This document shows, in pieces, positions 38,091 to 51,408 of a stretch of DNA of 64,000 bases (its first letter is position 1; each line of letters begins with the position of its first letter). The stretch comes from Octopus bimaculoides (taxonomy: Eukaryota). A model generated the notes under the pieces. The model had not been told where the DNA came from. It searched no databases and was given only the letters and a program-made list of their open reading frames with translations. The DNA lies in NCBI RefSeq assembly GCF_001194135.2, contig NC_068982.1, forward strand, positions 126,597,634 to 126,661,633, written 5' to 3'. The position numbers were made by a program, and so were the translations under genes.

Positions 38091-38907
38091 GCAGTTATTG
38101 CATTGGAAAGAGGGTGTCAGTGATTTTTCATTTCAAAACCTGAACTGTATCACATTAGAAAAAACGGTATTAGTTGCACCCTATACCAGTACAATCATGA
38201 ACTGTATCTCATCTTCTTTATTAGTTGTGTTACAACTTATGTTACTTTCATAACTTGATGACTTCTGTAGTCAAGAAAAACTAATATTAGTAAAAGATTA
38301 TTATTATTTTCATTTATTTAACAAATATGGGAGACAACTACTGATGTGTTTCAATATTATTCTAACCTTTTTAGTGAAACATAGTATCTTCACCATACTT
38401 GTCAGAGGAGTGATGAGGGAATCATTAAATAATACATAACATTGTACACTGATTCTATAGTCAGTGCTGGAAAGTCCTTGGTCATAAAAGAACTCAACCA
38501 AGGTTGGCCTGGGGCTAAATATCAACAACAATCTGAGTGTAAATTTGCTGGTATTGGTCAACAAAATCGCTTACAAAATACTTAAATTAAGAACATCATT
38601 CATGTGAAAATTAAAAGTTATTATTAACATATTTATTGCAAGTAACACTAAAGAAGCTAAATTACATAACTACAAGTAAACAACTGACAACAGGTTTTGT
38701 TGCCAAAACATTCATCAGATTTCTACTTGAAATGAAGATCTTTCTTGTCATATAAGACACAAAAATAAGATTGGTAGCATCAAATACTTACTGCATACTA
38801 TAGAAGAGACAAGGAAAGATGTTTAGCCTGTTTCTAGTGATATTTAAATTCCTTCTGTTAGAAAACAAAATTATGTAACAAAATTATTATTATTATTATT
38901 ATTATTA

Positions 38908-39411
38908 CGTTGTTTTTTTTTTCTTCTTTCTCCAAATTTTCTTCCATTTCTCGCCGAGTGTTTTCCGTACACCTAGGGCAGAGAAGCTCATTGTATGCAT
39001 TCCCAGTTTACACATGCAAATTCACAGGTAAAATATGTATTTAAAAAAAAAACTTAATAAATAAATAAATTCATGAATGGATGTTGTTTTCACAGCGATA
39101 ATGCTCTTCTCAGTACATGATTTGTTCCAGTTAACATGATTTTTTTGCACTTCTTGTAGGGATGGTAAGCCTGGTATCATTTTCAAATAGGCTTCAGTAC
39201 CTTTTTTTATCATTCTTAGAGATCCTACAATCACTGGTATGGTAGTTGCCCTGAGATGCCACATTTTTTCAATTTCTATTAGCAAATCTTTATATTTACT
39301 GATCTTGTCAAATTCTTTCGCCGCTATATTATGATCGCAAGGAATACTCATGTCAATTAATAAACACATCTTCTTTGTCTGATCTTTTATAATGATATCC
39401 GGTTTATTAGC

Positions 39412-39412
<1 letters not shown>
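38908..39412 (-). mobile_element. R4/Dong-like RLE LINE 3' end with 3' UTR, bounded by (TAA)n on both sides
   Basis: KANKPDIIIKDQTKKMCLLIDMSIPCDHNIAAKEFDKISKYKDL..EKMWHLRATTIPVIVGSL (PD-D-xK restriction-like endonuclease); (TTA)n at 38885-38907 and 39415-39540. Confidence 0.9.
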
Positions 39413-39507
<95 letters not shown>

Positions 39508-39540
39508 TATTATTATTATCATTATTTTTATTATTATTAT

Positions 39541-40300
39541 AATTGAGTGAGAGAGCAGTGCATACCATCAAAGTGACACTGGGGTAAAATATACAAAGCC
39601 CAGTATACCTATCATGACTAACCATCTGATAAGGGCACACCAGGCACATGCATCACAACCACATGTGCATGACATGGTGATCTCATATCAAGATAAACAG
39701 TGCATGACCTTGCAGGTGAGGCCCAGTTAGAATTTTCTTCAGGTTGAGTAGCCCATCCTGCTCAAAAAGTCCCTGAATAAGGGTTGTTTAAGGATGTTGA
39801 ATGAAACACACATGCTTCCATAGATGAATTATCCAAACCCCAAAGAATATCTCTCGAACTGGCTCCTCTGCAAGTGACATGTAAAAACACTATTTGAGCA
39901 TGGCCATTGCCAGTACCGCCTGACTGGCCCTCATGCCAGAGTCACGTAAAAGCACCCACTACACTCTCGGAATGGTTGGCACTAGGAAGCGCATCCAGCT
40001 GTAGAAACTCTGCCAGATCAGATTGGAGCCTGGTGCAGCCATCTGGCTCACCAGTCCCCAGTCAAACTGTCCAACCCATGACAGCATGGAAAGCGGACGT
40101 TAAATGATGATGATGATGATGATATGGCTATGATGCTCCCCGACTACTTCTGCTCATGATCAGAGATGCACATATCATCAGCCACCAAGGGACATGCTCA
40201 ACTGGTTAAGNNNNNNNNNNACCAAGGGACATGCTCAACTGGTTAAGGTCAAGCAACTGACAAGCAAATCTGTGGTATTGAGCAGAATATTTGCTGTAAC
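39541..40300. mobile_element. Non-coding repeat module between (TAA)n tracts, carrying a family D insertion at ~39857-40124
   Basis: Complex sequence bounded by TTA-rich tracts; family D tail in the middle. That the two flanks form one module is inferred. Confidence 0.5.
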
Positions 40301-40414
40301 CCATCTTATTATTTTATTATTATTGTTATCATTATTGTTGCTGTAGTTGTTGTTGTTGTTGTCGTCGTCATCGTCATCGTCGCCATCATCATCATCATCG
40401 TTATCATCATTTTG

Positions 40415-40461
<47 letters not shown>

Positions 40462-40775
40462 GAACATTTGCTGGTAATAAGTTTACCCATCAAAAAAAGA
40501 GAGGAGGAGGAGAAAGAGGGAGAGAAGGAGAGAGAGGGAGAGAGAAGAGGAGAGAGAAAGAAATGAGAGAAGGAGAGAGATGTAGACATGTTCAGCTGCA
40601 TTATTCAAGTTCATATTTAGAATAGTAATCAGCATTTAATTAACAAGCAGATGTCTTGGTTTAAACATAGGCACTAAGTCAGGTATTTTGTAAGGAGTAA
40701 CTAATAGAAAAATTCTGTTTCTATTTATAACTCTGAAGTTTTATTTTGCCATAGAAATAATTAGTTACATACCAG

Positions 40776-40837
<62 letters not shown>

Positions 40838-40986
40838 GCCATATACTTTTTTTGTGATGGTTATGTGGTTAAGAAGCTCACTTTGCAACTGCCTGGTTCT
40901 GGGTTCAGTTCCACTCTGCACTGCTTTGAGCAAATGTCTTCTACTATAGCCCCAGAATGAACTTGGCAGATGATAATTATGTGGTA

Positions 40987-41029
<43 letters not shown>

Positions 41030-41257
41030 ATACATGTGTCTTTGTATTTCTGTTTGTTCATCTGTCTTCCATTTGACAACTGGTACTGGTTTGTTTATGT
41101 CTCTGGAACTTAGCACTGTGGCGAAAGAAACCAATGGAATAAGTATCGGGAGCGATTTCTTCAACTAAACCTTCCAAGATGGTGCTCCATCATGGCCACA
41201 GTCCAATGACTGAAAACAAATAAAAGATTACTTTTTATATGTTATATGAATACACGA

Positions 41258-42120
41258 CAGAGTGTAAGCACCTTGAGAGGAAAGTTAGACATAAGAAGCT
41301 TCAGATGTGGTGTGCAAGAGAGACAACTGTGCTGGTATGGTCATGTGTTGTGAATGGATAAGAACAGCTGTGTGACAATGTGTCACACCCTAGCAGTAGA
41401 GGGAACCTGTGGAAGAGGAAGACCTGGGATGAGGTGGTGAAGCATGACCTTCGAAAGTTGGGCCATAGGGAGGCGATAATAAGGAGATATGCTGTGCTTG
41501 AGAAGACCCGGCAAGCCAAGTGAGACTGTAACTGTGGCCTATGCCAGTGCAGCATAACCAACCCATTTAAGAGTACCCTTCAATCATTGGGCAATAAGCT
41601 GCACTTGAAAAGGCCTGTTGAGTCAAGTGAAGTTGTTGTTGTGGCCGATGACAGTACCGCCTGATTGGCACCCGTGCTGGTGGCACGTAAAAAGCACCAT
41701 TTGAGCGTAGTCAATGCTAGTGCCGCTTGACTGGTCCCATGCCAGTGGACATAAAAAGCACCATTTGAGTGTGATTGGTGCCAGTGCCACCTGACTCGAT
41801 CCCGAGCCAGTGGCATGTAAAAAGCACCATTCGAGTGTGGTCGATGCCAGTGTCAGCTGACAGGTCCCATGACAGTGGCACATAAAAAGCACCATTCAAG
41901 CATGGTCGATGCCAGTACCGCCTGACTGGTTCTCATGCTGGTGGCATGTAAGACGAACCCACTACACTCTCACAGTGGTTGGCATTAGGAAGGGCATCCA
42001 GCTGTAGAAACTTTGCCAGATCAGATTGGAGCCTGGTGCAGCCATCTGGCTTGCCAGTCCTCAGTCAAATCATTCAACTCATGGAAAGCAGACGTTAAAC
42101 GACGATGATGATGATAATGA
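41258..42120 (+). mobile_element. RTE LINE 3' end with five ~65-bp tandem units
   Basis: RCGVQERQLCWYGHVL*MDKNSCVTMCHTLAVEGTCGRG...; tandem units at 41647-41960; (ATG)n tail. Confidence 0.88.
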
Positions 42121-43304
42121 TGTGTATATAAAAGGTACAGGTGCAAGTGTGTGGTAGGAAATTTGCTTCCCAGCTGCATGGTTCCAGGTTCAGTACCACA
42201 TGGTATCTTGGGCAAGTGTCTTCTAATAAAGCCTTGGTTCAACCGAAACCTTGTGAGTGGATTTGGTAGATAGAAACTGAAAGAATCCCATCACACACAC
42301 ACACACACGTGTGTGTGTGTGTATGTGTTTGTGTATGTGTGTGTGTGTTTGTTTATGTGACTATGTCAGTGGTTGTGTTTGTCACCCCACTGCTGCTTGG
42401 CAACTGGCGTTGGTGTGTTTACATCCCTGTAACTTAGCAGTTCGGCAAAAGAGACTGATAGAATAAATACTTGGCTTACAGAGAATAAATCCTGGGGGTG
42501 ATTTCTTCAACTCTCCAGCATGGCCGGCCACAGTCAAATGACTGAAACAAATAAAAAAAAAATGAAAGCATAAAAAAATACAATGTGTAAGAGCACCTGT
42601 TTTGTGTAGATATGTTTACAAACATAGATAAATGTTTGTATATTCATTGATCTCTTTGTTTGTTTTTTGGTAGATCTATCCATGGTATGGATGAATGCAT
42701 ATCAAGACCCTGTTTTACTGCTGGATGCCATGCCCTTCATGTCATTAACCCTTATCTCCCTTTCGTTTTCCTTCCTTTTCAAGTAATGAATATTTTATTC
42801 CACTCATCTTCAAGACTACAAAACTATGCCAGGTTTTGTTAGCAGCGAATATCAACAAAGGCCACTATAGATTTTCCTATCAATGCTTTCATGCAACAAC
42901 ACAATGTAGATATTTGCACAACACATATACACTCATGCCCATATGCATACTCGGCGAAGTTGTTAGAACATTTGATAGTGAAGTGCTTTGCGAATATTGT
43001 AAAAATGGCACATACACACACACACACACACTCGTATGTATATATATATATATGTATGGCATTATTCGATTTATTTCAAGATTTCTTACCAAAAGAGAAA
43101 GAGCTGGTTTCTAACCTAGATCCAAAGCTCTTTCATTGGAATATCAAAATCAACAACAGGGTATTTTTGTTTGTATGTATGTGTGTATGTATGTATGTTT
43201 GTATGTATGTATGTATGTATGTATGTATGTATGTGCAGATTTATGTATGTATGTGCAGATTTATGTATGTATTCTAATGCATATAGTTGCACATCTAGAC
43301 ATGC

Positions 43305-43490
43305 TCATATTTTACAAATTTTTACAGTTCCTGTGATGAATTGGATCTGTAGTCTTTGAATTAGTTTTCTCCTTTCTGGTTTTGAGAAGCCTAATTTCTC
43401 AAGATTGGTATTTAGGCAGTGTGTTACATATCCCAGGGCCCCAATAATTACAGGTATAATTTTCGTAAGTGGAAACTGTAAGAAGCACAT
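43305..43490 (-). mobile_element. RLE LINE ORF C-terminal fragment
   Basis: IIPVIIGALGYVTHCLNTNLEKLGFSKPERRKLIQRLQIQFITGTVKICKI parallels the end of the 29.5-30.2 kb element. Confidence 0.75.
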
Positions 43491-43723
43491 CATATGTGTA
43501 TGTGTGTGTTGTAAGCATGGCTATGTGGTTAAGAAGCTTGCTTCCCAACCATGTCGCCTTGGGTTCAGTGCCATGCACTGGGATAGAGTAACTGTAGATT
43601 TCTCAATAGTTCAGCGTAGGTGTTCTCTTTTCAACTGATCTTCAGCTTTATGTTAACATCCACTGGGCAGTTAATTTCCACAACTGTACATTGTTTCTCT
43701 TCTTATGTATGTATGTGTGTATG

Positions 43724-43946
43724 TACAAGGGGTGCTGAAAATTTCCTGGTTTTAAGTGTATCGTAAAAAGCCTGGCTGGAGGTCCAACCTTCTGGGTTCT
43801 TTTACAGGGCTTAGAAAAACTGAAGGACTGCTGCAATAAGTGTGTGAATCTGAGAGGGGAATATGTTGAATAAAAAAATCATAATTAACTGATCCTCCTG
43901 TATTTTCTTTTGCCCAAAGCCACGAGCTTTTCAGCACCCCTTTGTA
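43724..43946. mobile_element. Tc1/mariner-type MITE
   Basis: TIRs tacaaggggtgctgaaaa and ttttcagcacccctttgta with TA at both ends. Confidence 0.85.
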
Positions 43947-44224
43947 TATATGAATGTACGTTTATTTATGTATGTATGTCCTATATGTATGCATTCATGG
44001 TTGTGTGTCTGTATGTGTGTTGTTTACATTTGCTCTTCTACAAATATCACTGAGTGACAAGCAATGACATTGTCATCCCTCCACCTTCCAACCATTAACA
44101 AATCCCCCATTTATATATTATAATACTGCATGTACATATACCACAAAGGTAGTTTTATATAAATCTACTGCTTGTCCAGTTTTCATATGTAATGGTTTGA
44201 CTTTGGCAATGTCTTCATGTTTAC

Positions 44225-44254
44225 CTGAACAAACCATCTTGTGTTTGACTTCAG
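44225..44254 (-). CDS. Possible 30-nt exon (xEVKHKMVCS, phase 1-1)
   Basis: Acceptor ttttatgtatttgacaag, donor CAG|gtaaac; phase-compatible with the 35.9-kb exon, but short enough to arise by chance. Confidence 0.25.
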
Positions 44255-44458
44255 CTTGTCAAATACATAAAATATCTACATATTTTTGCATTTAACACCT
44301 TCATTTTGAATCCATCGATGGCTGGTTCCACTTTTCATAAACTTTTCAAAATAAATAGTGAAATAGTGAAACAAAGGAATTCATTTATCTTTCTCCTGGT
44401 TTTGAAGTAATATTTTAATATAAGATTGGACTAAATTTTAATATTATAGAAATATACA

Positions 44459-44619
44459 GGTGCAGGAGTGGCTGTGTGGTAAGTAGCTTGCTTACCAACC
44501 ACATGGTTTCAGGTTCAGTCCCACTGCCTGTCACCTTGGGCAAGTGTCATCTACTATAGCCTTGGGCCAACCAAAGCCGTGTGAATGGATTTGGTAGACG
44601 GAAACTGAAAGAAGCCTGT

Positions 44620-44689
<70 letters not shown>

Positions 44690-44868
44690 TGTGTCTGTGT
44701 TTGTCTCCCCATCATCGCTTGACAACTGATGTTCGTGTGTTCATGTTCCAGTAATTTAGCAGTTTGGCGAAAGAGACCGATAGAATAAGTACTAGGGTCA
44801 ATTTGTTCGACTAAAGGTGGTGCTCCAGTATGGCCACAGTCAAATGACTGAAACAAATAAGAGAATAC
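44459..44868 (+). mobile_element. Complete composite SINE family A: head, (TA)n(TG)n, tail
   Basis: Same order at 40850-41228 and 42139-42560 (+), and 52610-53135, 57296-57787, 59635-60047 (-). Confidence 0.88.
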
Positions 44869-44885
44869 ATACATATATATATATA

Positions 44886-44923
<38 letters not shown>

Positions 44924-45540
44924 GTAAAGCGGAAACAGTATGTTATATTCCAAAATGGCTGAAATAAGCCTGAAGCATTTATCAAAAAGATCTAAAGATA
45001 TAAAGACTGTATTTTAATGTCTATAAGGAACCCAAATGTGTATAAGGAATCTGCTAATTTTTTGTACTTAAAATTTGGAAAAAGCTTTTGTAAGGAATTA
45101 TAATGCTATCTATGTATATGAATCTCCCTTATTTTTAAACCTAATTTTTGGCAAAAATGGGTTCTTTATACATGCTAAAATATAACAAATCTCACAAAAC
45201 ATATTTCATATTATTTGATATTTTAAAAAGCCAATTAGAGAGTGAAAATTATTTTACAATTATTACATGGCCATAAAATTTGGACCCCTTTCTGGGGCTT
45301 TCCCCTTCTCATTTGAGGGATCTTGTCTTGCGAGTTACTTGGTGACCTCACTAGTGCTGGTACCATATTAAAAGCACCCAGTACTCTCTGTAAAGTGGTT
45401 GGCATTAGGAAAGGCATTCATCCACAGAAACCCTGCTAAAGTAGACACTGAAGCTGGGTTCAGTCCTCTGGCTTGCTGGCTCCTGTTGGACCCATTCCAG
45501 CATGGAAAATGGATGTCATATGATGATGATGATGATGATA

Positions 45541-45618
<78 letters not shown>

Positions 45619-47174
45619 CATTCTTCTCTTATTTAAGAAAAAAATTGATTTGGGATTTATTGGGGGTTGGAGTTGGAATTTTGAATAAAGGATTATCAAC
45701 TGTAGTTAATTACCTTTTTAGTTAATTAGAGTATTAATTTTGCATTGGGCTACAGTTTGACATCTTACATAAGCATACACCTAGAAATTTCTAGGAGGCT
45801 AACAGAATAATTGTCATGAATACATCTTTTTAAAGGACATCCATTATTTAAATGGATTGTAATGGCTTCAAGTAGGAATTACTATTTGGGAAAGGATTTA
45901 GTTTGGAAAAAAATTACTTCTTCTTTAATGGCACTTGCACAAATCCATCCTTAATTGACACTGCTTTTAATCCCTTGATAATATTAATCAAAAGAATTAC
46001 ACATTATGATAAAATTGCACAAAAGATACCATATGTATCTACAACCAGTGTTAGATAATGTTACCAAACAACCACATAATACATAAAAATTAAAAATATC
46101 TCAGTTCCAACAGATTTTTAAAGAACACTACTTAGTTTTAATTCCATAGAATTATGCAAATTTATTCAGACAGACAGTCTTGAAGCATACTTAGAATAGA
46201 TGAGGTTGCAAATGGTGATAAGACTTTGATGAACTTCACTGATTAATTAATTCACTAAATTATTAATCAAACAGTCAATTAGTTAATTGGTTAAATGGTT
46301 AACACATTGATTGATAACAACAAAAGAAGCAAAATAGAATCAGTGTGTGTATTTATTATTGGCATAATGACATCCCCAAGATACACCAATATTATTAAAT
46401 TGTTTTGGTACCTATTCTGCTTAATGGCTAAGTGAAATAAGACATTTAAAATTAAATGTACTGCTCAAATACACAACAAAATACTAGCTGCAGATTTGAA
46501 CCGAACACCTTTGAGTTAGTAAGTTAATACTTTATCTACTTGGATATTGTCACTACTATCAGCTACTAAGGAGAACTAAGTACATTCTGTGCTTACTTTA
46601 ATATATTTTCTTGCTATATGCTCATATATATATATTTTAAGGGACTTCTTTGCCTTTCAGCTTGCTATAAAGAACAGAGCATAAATATATACTTCACAAG
46701 TACCTCTGTCCTGTTTAATCCTTACTAACAACTTCCAGATTTTGCCATCCATTTATTTCTGCCTCTAGACCTGCTTTATTTCCATATGATTCATGAGCCT
46801 CCAAATGATGTCTAGTACTGAGGATTCCACTGTAGACTTTACTTTGCTGATGTTTGGTGCCAGTCATCCGAGAGTTTGTCCAGTCCAATGAGATTTTTCT
46901 TTTTCAGGGCAACTCACGGCAAAACCTCTACCTTAAATAATTTCTATAACTGTCTGAATGTCTAGCAACATAAGAAAACCCGCTTCAGTATTTAACAGTA
47001 GCAATAACAATTTAAGTAAACTCATAACCATAAAATATCAAGCTGACAAACTGACAAAGTTATTAGAGAATCTAGTAGAATGTCTTGCTATATATCTTCT
47101 AATTCTCTGTTTTATGGGTTCAAATCCAGCCAAAGTCAACTTTGTCTTTCATCCTTCTGGGTAGATTAAAAAAT

Positions 47175-47538
47175 AACAAGAGCACTTAGAGCACAAACCT
47201 CCACCAAGGCAACACCAACGTCCTTTCAACAATTAGTTAGGGATGATTTTTAAAATGAGAATATCTGAAATAAACTCAACTACTCTCACAAACAAGAATA
47301 CTAAAAATGAACCTGACTGCTCTCAAAAGTTAAGTAAAAAAACTGGAAAAATAATCCAGAATCCTTGTCCAGTACTGGATCGATCCCAAACTCTAATCAG
47401 TTTGTGCCAGTCATGAGGCCAAACATCTCTGAAAGTTTCATTTGAATCCATCCAGTGGTTCTTGAGATATTTTGTCCATGGACAAACAAACAAACATGAC
47501 TGAAAACAATACCACTACCTTTGCTAAGGCAGAGATAA
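47175..47538 (+). mobile_element. HINE/Helentron-like non-autonomous element (family F)
   Basis: Homologous to 59197-59563; begins aacaagagcact..acctccaccaagg, has (AAAC)n and a 3' hairpin. Confidence 0.7.
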
Positions 47539-49940
47539 GAATCCAGGGTAGTGGATAGGCAGAACTATAAGAATATTGGACCAGATATCTTGTTCTAGTT
47601 CCTAATGTCCTGGGTTCAAATTCCACCAAGGTCAACTTTACCTTTCATTCTTATGGAGTTGATAAAATAGTACTTATCGACATTTGTGGATTGGCAGAGC
47701 TGTAAGCATGTCAAACCAGACGCCCTATTGTAATTATTTCATTTCTACGCATTTTGGGTTCAAACCTCACCATGGCTTCTTCAATGGTAGACTTAATCTA
47801 TTGCTCAGTTTCACATAACCATCTGGCACCTAGGGTTTCTTTAGCAGAATCTACTCTGTTGTAAACACAGGGACCTGATCTCCAGTCTGAGGATATCTTC
47901 TCCCCTCTCACAAGTTTTGGTGGAGGGGACCTGTGAAAGGTTAAGGGCACTGCCTTCCCTTCTGACTAAAAGATAAAATGAAATAAAACTTAGTTGAATA
48001 TCATCATCATTATCCTCATTTATCGTTCGTTTTCCTTGCTGCTACAGGCTGGATAGTTTGATAGGAGCTGGTAAGCTGGAGCACTAGGCACCAATTGTCT
48101 GCTTTGGCATGGTTTCTACAGCTGGATGTCCTTCCTAATGCCAACCACTTTACAGAGTGTCCTGGGTGCCTTTTAAGTGGCACCAGCATAGGTTCATTAT
48201 ACATGGCAGAAGCATGGGTGCTTTTGGGTGGTACCAGCATGGATGGTCATCTGTGGCACTGGCGTGGGTGCTTTTATATGACACAGGTGCTTTTGCAAGC
48301 AAGGCACTGGGGGTTACTCTTATATAAAAGTTGGGAACTAATCAGAGAACTCTTACTAAAGTCGGAATTTCAAAAAATTCTCTCTCTATTTGAAAAGACA
48401 GTGTATTTGGAGGATGTGGAAGAAAATTGATACTGCACACTAGTGAGACATGGAAATTGAAAGTAGAAGACCCGTGGCAAACAAAGAAGAATGAACCAAG
48501 TATGATTATTTAGATTTACAATGCAGGAAAGGCAAAGTGTAAGTGAGATAAGAAAGTAGTTGGGGATTAAAAGCATCAGCTGTCATTGTTAGGCTTTTTT
48601 TCTTTAATGATATTACACAAGTCTTGTAATATTATAGAAGATTTTTATGTTATTTTTCTTTTTGCATACTTAAATTTTTTTTAGTATCATGTTAGAATAG
48701 ATATGTATGAGAGAGGCAGCTGCATATAACAGCTACACAGCCCTGCTGATATGAGAAGGAAGAACAGCTTTTACTAATATGAATATGCGATGTGAATGAT
48801 GTTGGTCAGAAAAAATAGTGAAAAATGAGAGAGTGGATGAAGAAGTGGAGAAATCAGATCTAAGGAAAACAAACCCTCAAAAATGAGGGGACAAAGGGTT
48901 GAGAAGATTATGAAGTATTGTAGAGAACTCATTCTCAACCAGCATGAAAGACAGAGTTCAATATGTATTACACACATGAATCCACAAGCCTAAATCACTT
49001 GACTACTGGACACAAGGTTGAACAATCAGGTTGTACTGATGACATTTATAGAGGCAGAAACAGATGTTTGTGACTGTCCTCTTATCTCCAGACAATAAAC
49101 TTGTCCTTTCATTTAAGGGCATGTCAGGTTTGGAGAATTCTTGATTCTTGAGATTATCTCCTGTTCTTCTATGGAGCTGGTCTTAACTCCCATTGGGTAA
49201 TTATGATATATATTTTAGAAGCAGCAATGATTTTAATAAATCATGAATTTATGTTGTACAGTATTTGATATACCTGTATTTGCTTATGTTCTTCAAATTC
49301 ATGCTACTAGTTACTCTGAGTTAAGCTGCAGAGTTAATCTGTGGCAAAGCAGGCAGTGGAGCTTGGCATAGTCTTCTGATTTGTCAGCTCCTGTCAAACT
49401 GTCCAACAAACTATTCCAGCAGGAAAAACAGATGTTAAATGTAGATGATTTAATTTCAAAGACATACATAGATATATATATGAATAAAAAATATATATAT
49501 ATAATAAAAAGAAAAAGAGAATATATGTATCATCATCATCATCATCATCATCATCATTTAACGTCCATTGTCCAACATGGACAATGGACGTTAAATGATG
49601 ATGGCATGGGTTGGATGGTTTGACTGGGCTGGCACACTGGAAGGCTGCACGAGACTCCAGTCTGATTCGGTATGGTTTTCTACGGCTGGATGCCATTCCT
49701 AATACCAACCACTCCATGAGTGTAATGGGTGCTTTTATATGCCACCAGCATGGGTACCATTTGTGTGACGCCGAAGTGCATTTACATGCACACACACACA
49801 CTTATATATCAAATCTACCTATATATATATATACAAGAATAAGGGCAGGGAATCGTCAATTAATAATAGAATTAATAATTAACAATTTTGCCAAGTAGTT
49901 CAGTATGAAAAAACCTTTATCGGTAAAACCATTTATCATC

Positions 49941-50778
49941 ATAAATATACAGGGATTAGCATTGAGTTGCTTCTCCAACATACTAAAAATTTAGAAATAG
50001 CAGTCAAAGAACTACTGATTCTAAACTACAAATTTTTCTCTAAACGGATGGCGATATTTATGACACTTTGACTGCTNNNNNNNNNNNNNNNNNNNNNNNN
50101 NNNNNNNNNNNNNNNNNNNNNNNNNNNNNNNNNNNNNNNNNNNNNNNNNNNNNNNNNNNNNNNNNNNNNNNNNNNNNNNNNNNNNNNNNNNNNNNNNNNN
50201 NNNNNNNNNNNNNNNNNNNNNNNNNNNNNNNNNNNNNNNNNNNNNNNNNNNNNNNNNNNNNNNNNNNNNNNNNNNNNNNNNNNNNNNNNNNNNNNNNNNN
50301 NNNNNNNNNNNNNNNNNNNNNNNNNNNNNNNNNNNNNNNNNNNNNNNNNNNNNNNNNNNNNNNNNNNNNNNNNNNNNNNNNNNNNNNNNNNNNNNNNNNN
50401 NNNNNNNNNNNNNNNNNNNNNNNNNNNNNNNNNNNNNNNNNNNNNNNNNNNNNNNNNNNNNNNNNNNNNNNNNNNNNNNNNNNNNNNNNNNNNNNNNNNN
50501 NNNNNNNNNNNNNNNNNNNNNNNNNNNNNNNNNNNNNNNNNNNNNNNNNNNNNNNNNNNNNNNNNNNNNNNNNNNNNNNNNNNNNNNGATCGTATCTGAT
50601 TAACTAAAGACTTGTTGTTTATGCTTTTCCCTCCGGTTTTTTGTTCTATGTGTGCCATAAATATCGCCATCCGTTTAGAGAAAAATTTGTAGTTTAGAAT
50701 CAGTAGTTCTTTGACTGCTATTTCTAAATTTTCAGTATGTTGGAGAAGCAACTCAATGCTAATCCCTGTATATTTATG

Positions 50779-50780
<2 letters not shown>
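49941..50780. repeat. Inverted ~125-bp repeat flanking an N gap
   Basis: 49941-50065 is the reverse complement of ~50656-50780. Confidence 0.85.
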
Positions 50781-50823
<43 letters not shown>

Positions 50824-51355
50824 GTGTGTGCATACACGCATCCGTGTAATTGAAAAATTTGGTGTCAACAAGAAGGAGTACGGCTGGACATTTATTTTCA
50901 ATCACTACAATTGTTTCTATGCAACATAGTTCTCCAGGCATGCTGGTACTTGATTATACAACCATTTTCCTGCATTATTATTTCCTTTATCTATTCATTC
51001 ACAACAAAAGCCCAAACGCAAATACTACTACTGGATACAGGGTGAAATCTGAAGGTGGACGAGCTTTATACTATACTGTACTATCTTCTTAACAGAATAT
51101 ATCATAACTATATATATATACATATGACACTGTTATTAAATAGCAATTGAATACATGATTATCTCCGAGAAATACTATTTGTCATCAGTTGTCCTTTTCA
51201 TTGTCATCCTCTCCCTACCCCTCTTCCTCATTATTAACTAACTTTAAATAGTAACATGAAATTCCAGCTATATTGTGTGACATTACTGTATACTTTAACA
51301 AAGCCACTTTAAATCCTACTGTACACTCTCTGTGTCCCCCCATCTCGTTCTAACT

Positions 51356-51408
<53 letters not shown>

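Noticed and set aside
41647-41960. CRISPR-like array
   Set aside because: Whole ~65-bp units are homologous, with no unique spacers; the array lies in an RTE 3' UTR in eukaryotic DNA with no cas genes
48357-48439. Minus-strand exon candidate CSINFLPHPPNTLSFQIEREFFEIPTL
   Set aside because: The plus strand here resembles a decayed RTE C-terminus (MEIESRRP..GKQRR), so the polypyrimidine acceptor is probably antisense LINE sequence
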